Shown here in pieces: positions 62,209 through 64,000 of a stretch of DNA of 64,000 nucleotides. Within the stretch, counting starts at the first letter, position 1, and each line of letters starts with the position of its first letter. Under the pieces are notes generated by a model. It made no database searches and was not told the origin of the DNA. It saw nothing but the letters and a program-made list of their open reading frames with translations. Position numbers and translations under genes: made by a program. Location: assembly GCA_019187185.1 (NCBI GenBank), contig JABAQU010000015.1:105665-169664 (forward strand), read 5' to 3'. This DNA is from Steroidobacteraceae bacterium (lineage in GTDB: Bacteria; Pseudomonadota; Gammaproteobacteria; Steroidobacterales; Steroidobacteraceae).

Positions 62209-63651
62209 ATGACGATCTCACGCCGCGACTTCATGTTGGCTTCCGGTGCCGTGATGGCGACCGCCGCCGCCGCGCGCCCCGCGCACGCCGCGACGGTCCG
62301 CGACCTCGATGTGCTCGTCATCGGCGCAGGCCTGTCGGGCCTCGGCACGGCGCTCGCGCTCGAGGAGGCGGGACTGCGCGTGCGGGTGCTCGAAGGCCGC
62401 GACCGTGTGGGCGGACGGCTCTATACGCTGGACGACGTACCGGGCCATCCCGAGGCGGGAGGGAATTCCGTCGCCGCGGCCTATGGGCGCGTGATCGCGG
62501 CCGGCAAGCGTTACGGTGTCGAACTCGACGACATCGCGATGCGCGCCTTCGGCGGCGGACCGCCGGGCCTCTACATCGACGGTGCGGCGGTGGCGCCCGA
62601 TGCCTGGGCGCAGCATCCGCGCAATCCGTTCTCCGGCGAGATGAAGGCGGTGCCGCCGGGTGCGTGGGCCGATGCGCTGCTGAAGCGCCACATGCCGGTG
62701 AAGGATCTCGGCCGGTGGTGGGATGCCGCGAATGCGCAGTACGACATTTCCGTCCATGACTTCCTGACATCACTCGGCGCGTCCGATGCGGCAATCCAGC
62801 TCGGGTTCGATGCGAACATCTCGTACGGCACGACCGCGCACGATGTCTCGCTGCTGATGCTCGCGTCCGTCGAGCAATGGCAGGTTCTGAATCGCAATGC
62901 CAATGCGCGCTTCATCGGTGCATTTCGCGGCGGCAATCAGCGCCTGCCAGAGGCGATGGCCCGGCAACTGAAGGGTGACCTGTTGCGGGGCCGGCGAGTC
63001 GTCGCGATTGCGACGGGCGCCGATGGCGCCGAAGTGTACTGCGACGACGGATCGCGCCATCGCGCGAAGGCCGTGGTGTGCTCCATGCCGTTCGCCACGC
63101 TGCGCCACGTCGCGATCGATCCGCTGCCGCCGGCGGCGCAGAACGCGGCCATCCGCACGATCGGTTACGTACCGATCACGCAGGTGCACATCGTCCCGAA
63201 GAAGAAGTTCTGGGAGAGCGACGGGCAGAACCCGTCGATGTGGACCGACGGCATCGCGGGTACGGTGTTTGCGCAGCGCTTCGGTTCCGATCCGAAGGAA
63301 GTGATGAGCCTCACCTGCTGGGCGCGCGGCCTCAAGGCACAGTATCTCGACCTGCTCGGCCCGGAAGCCGCGGGTCGCGCGGTCGTGGCCGAACTCGAGC
63401 GGCTCCGTCCTGCAGCGAGGGGCGCGCTCGAAGTGGCCAAGGTGCGCTCCTGGGCGACCGATCCGTTTGCGGCGGGCGTGTGGTCATACTACCGGCCAAG
63501 GCAGGTTGCGGCATTCGCGAACGAGCTGGCGAAGCCGCACCAGCGGCTGTTCTTCTGCGGCGAACACACGGCGCTCGGCAGTCGCGGCATGGAAGCGGCG
63601 CTCGAGTCGGCGGAACGCGCTGCGGTCGAAGTGCAGCTCGCGCTCGGCTGA
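62209..63651 (+). CDS. Tat-exported flavin-containing amine oxidase family oxidoreductase
   Basis: 480 aa. Twin-arginine signal MTISRRDFMLASGAVMATAAAARPAHA, FAD fold DVLVIGAGLSGLGTALALEEAGLRVRVLEGRDRVGGR, C-terminal FFCGEHT. Confidence 0.85.
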   Translation: MTISRRDFMLASGAVMATAAAARPAHAATVRDLDVLVIGAGLSGLGTALALEEAGLRVRVLEGRDRVGGRLYTLDDVPGHPEAGGNSVAAAYGRVIAAGKRYGVELDDIAMRAFGGGPPGLYIDGAAVAPDAWAQHPRNPFSGEMKAVPPGAWADALLKRHMPVKDLGRWWDAANAQYDISVHDFLTSLGASDAAIQLGFDANISYGTTAHDVSLLMLASVEQWQVLNRNANARFIGAFRGGNQRLPEAMARQLKGDLLRGRRVVAIATGADGAEVYCDDGSRHRAKAVVCSMPFATLRHVAIDPLPPAAQNAAIRTIGYVPITQVHIVPKKKFWESDGQNPSMWTDGIAGTVFAQRFGSDPKEVMSLTCWARGLKAQYLDLLGPEAAGRAVVAELERLRPAARGALEVAKVRSWATDPFAAGVWSYYRPRQVAAFANELAKPHQRLFFCGEHTALGSRGMEAALESAERAAVEVQLALG

Positions 63652-63660
63652 CGCGCAGCG

Positions 63661-64000
63661 TCAGTCGGGGCGCGTGAGGGCACGCACTTCTTCGTCCCGT
63701 CCCGTCAGCTGCCAGCGGATCAGCGAAACGGGGATCAGTCCCGCCGAATTAACTTCCTCGAACCAGCGCGACGTGGTGAAGGCGTCGCCCAGCTGCCTCG
63801 ATCGCTCCTGCAGCAGCTGCTCGAGGAGGAATTTCCCCGTCAGGTAGCTCGTGCCGTACCCCGGCTGGCGCAGGTAGAGACCCTGCTCGAAGCCGAGGAG
63901 ATCGAGGTCCTCACGCATCCACCCGCGCGGTGTCCAGGCGACGTGGAAGTCGGCCGCCTCCTTCATCGTGAAGAGGTTCGCGTGCGCGTAGAGGGAGCCG
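63661..64000 (-). CDS. C-terminal part of a DUF885-like protein; 5' end lies outside the window
   Basis: The frame stays open to base 64000. PGYGTSYLTGKFLLEQLLQERSRQLGDAFTTSRWFEEVNSAGLIPVSLI resembles the DUF885 C-terminus (PGQALSYKIG...FH...G..PL). Confidence 0.55.
   Translation of the reverse strand, partial: GSLYAHANLFTMKEAADFHVAWTPRGWMREDLDLLGFEQGLYLRQPGYGTSYLTGKFLLEQLLQERSRQLGDAFTTSRWFEEVNSAGLIPVSLIRWQLTGRDEEVRALTRPD

Noticed and set aside
1-64000. CRISPR arrays, tRNA/rRNA genes, IS elements, prophage or defence-system genes
   Set aside because: No spaced direct repeats, no tRNA-like T-loop/acceptor structures in the intergenic gaps (the largest is 345 nt), and no transposase, integrase, nuclease or helicase-type ORFs were recognised.

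Overview
This is a GC-rich (by eye at least two-thirds G+C), densely coding chromosomal segment from a Gram-negative, probably proteobacterial, genome. Three TonB-dependent outer-membrane receptors support the Gram-negative call. I support about 60 protein-coding genes. I recognised no rRNA, tRNA, CRISPR array, transposase, integrase or phage gene.

The window is dominated by CoA-thioester metabolism:
- 8 family-III (CaiB/BaiF) CoA-transferase paralogues, one of them alpha-methylacyl-CoA-racemase-like
- 4 crotonase-fold proteins, one MenB/BadI-like and one with a rearranged architecture
- 2 acyl-CoA dehydrogenases
- a two-subunit MaoC hydratase
- 2 DUF35 plus thiolase-like pairs
- 1 acyl-CoA synthetase
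- 4 SDRs
- 2 OYE-type reductases, one of them FadH-like
- an NMO/FabK-like reductase
- a CoxMSL-like molybdenum hydroxylase

The region has its own electron outlet: etfB, a coxG-like gene, etfA, and a membrane HdrD/NarI-like Fe-S oxidoreductase.

Threaded through it is a deazaflavin F420 module: cofH or fbiC (cut by the window edge), two LLM-class oxidoreductases, npdG, and translationally coupled cofE-cofD. F420 is unusual in a Gram-negative organism.

The only regulators I can see are an ECF sigma/FecR/STN-domain TonB-receptor cell-surface-signalling unit.

My best candidate for an undescribed system is the 22.5-kb unidirectional gene array at 13565..36111 together with its flanking Mo-hydroxylase and F420 genes. 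I read it as an F420- and Etf-linked pathway for a branched or alicyclic carboxylic acid, steroid- or isoprenoid-like. The substrate is unknown.

All family calls come from motif recognition by eye on the supplied translations. No database search was run. Start codons are the least certain part of every coordinate.
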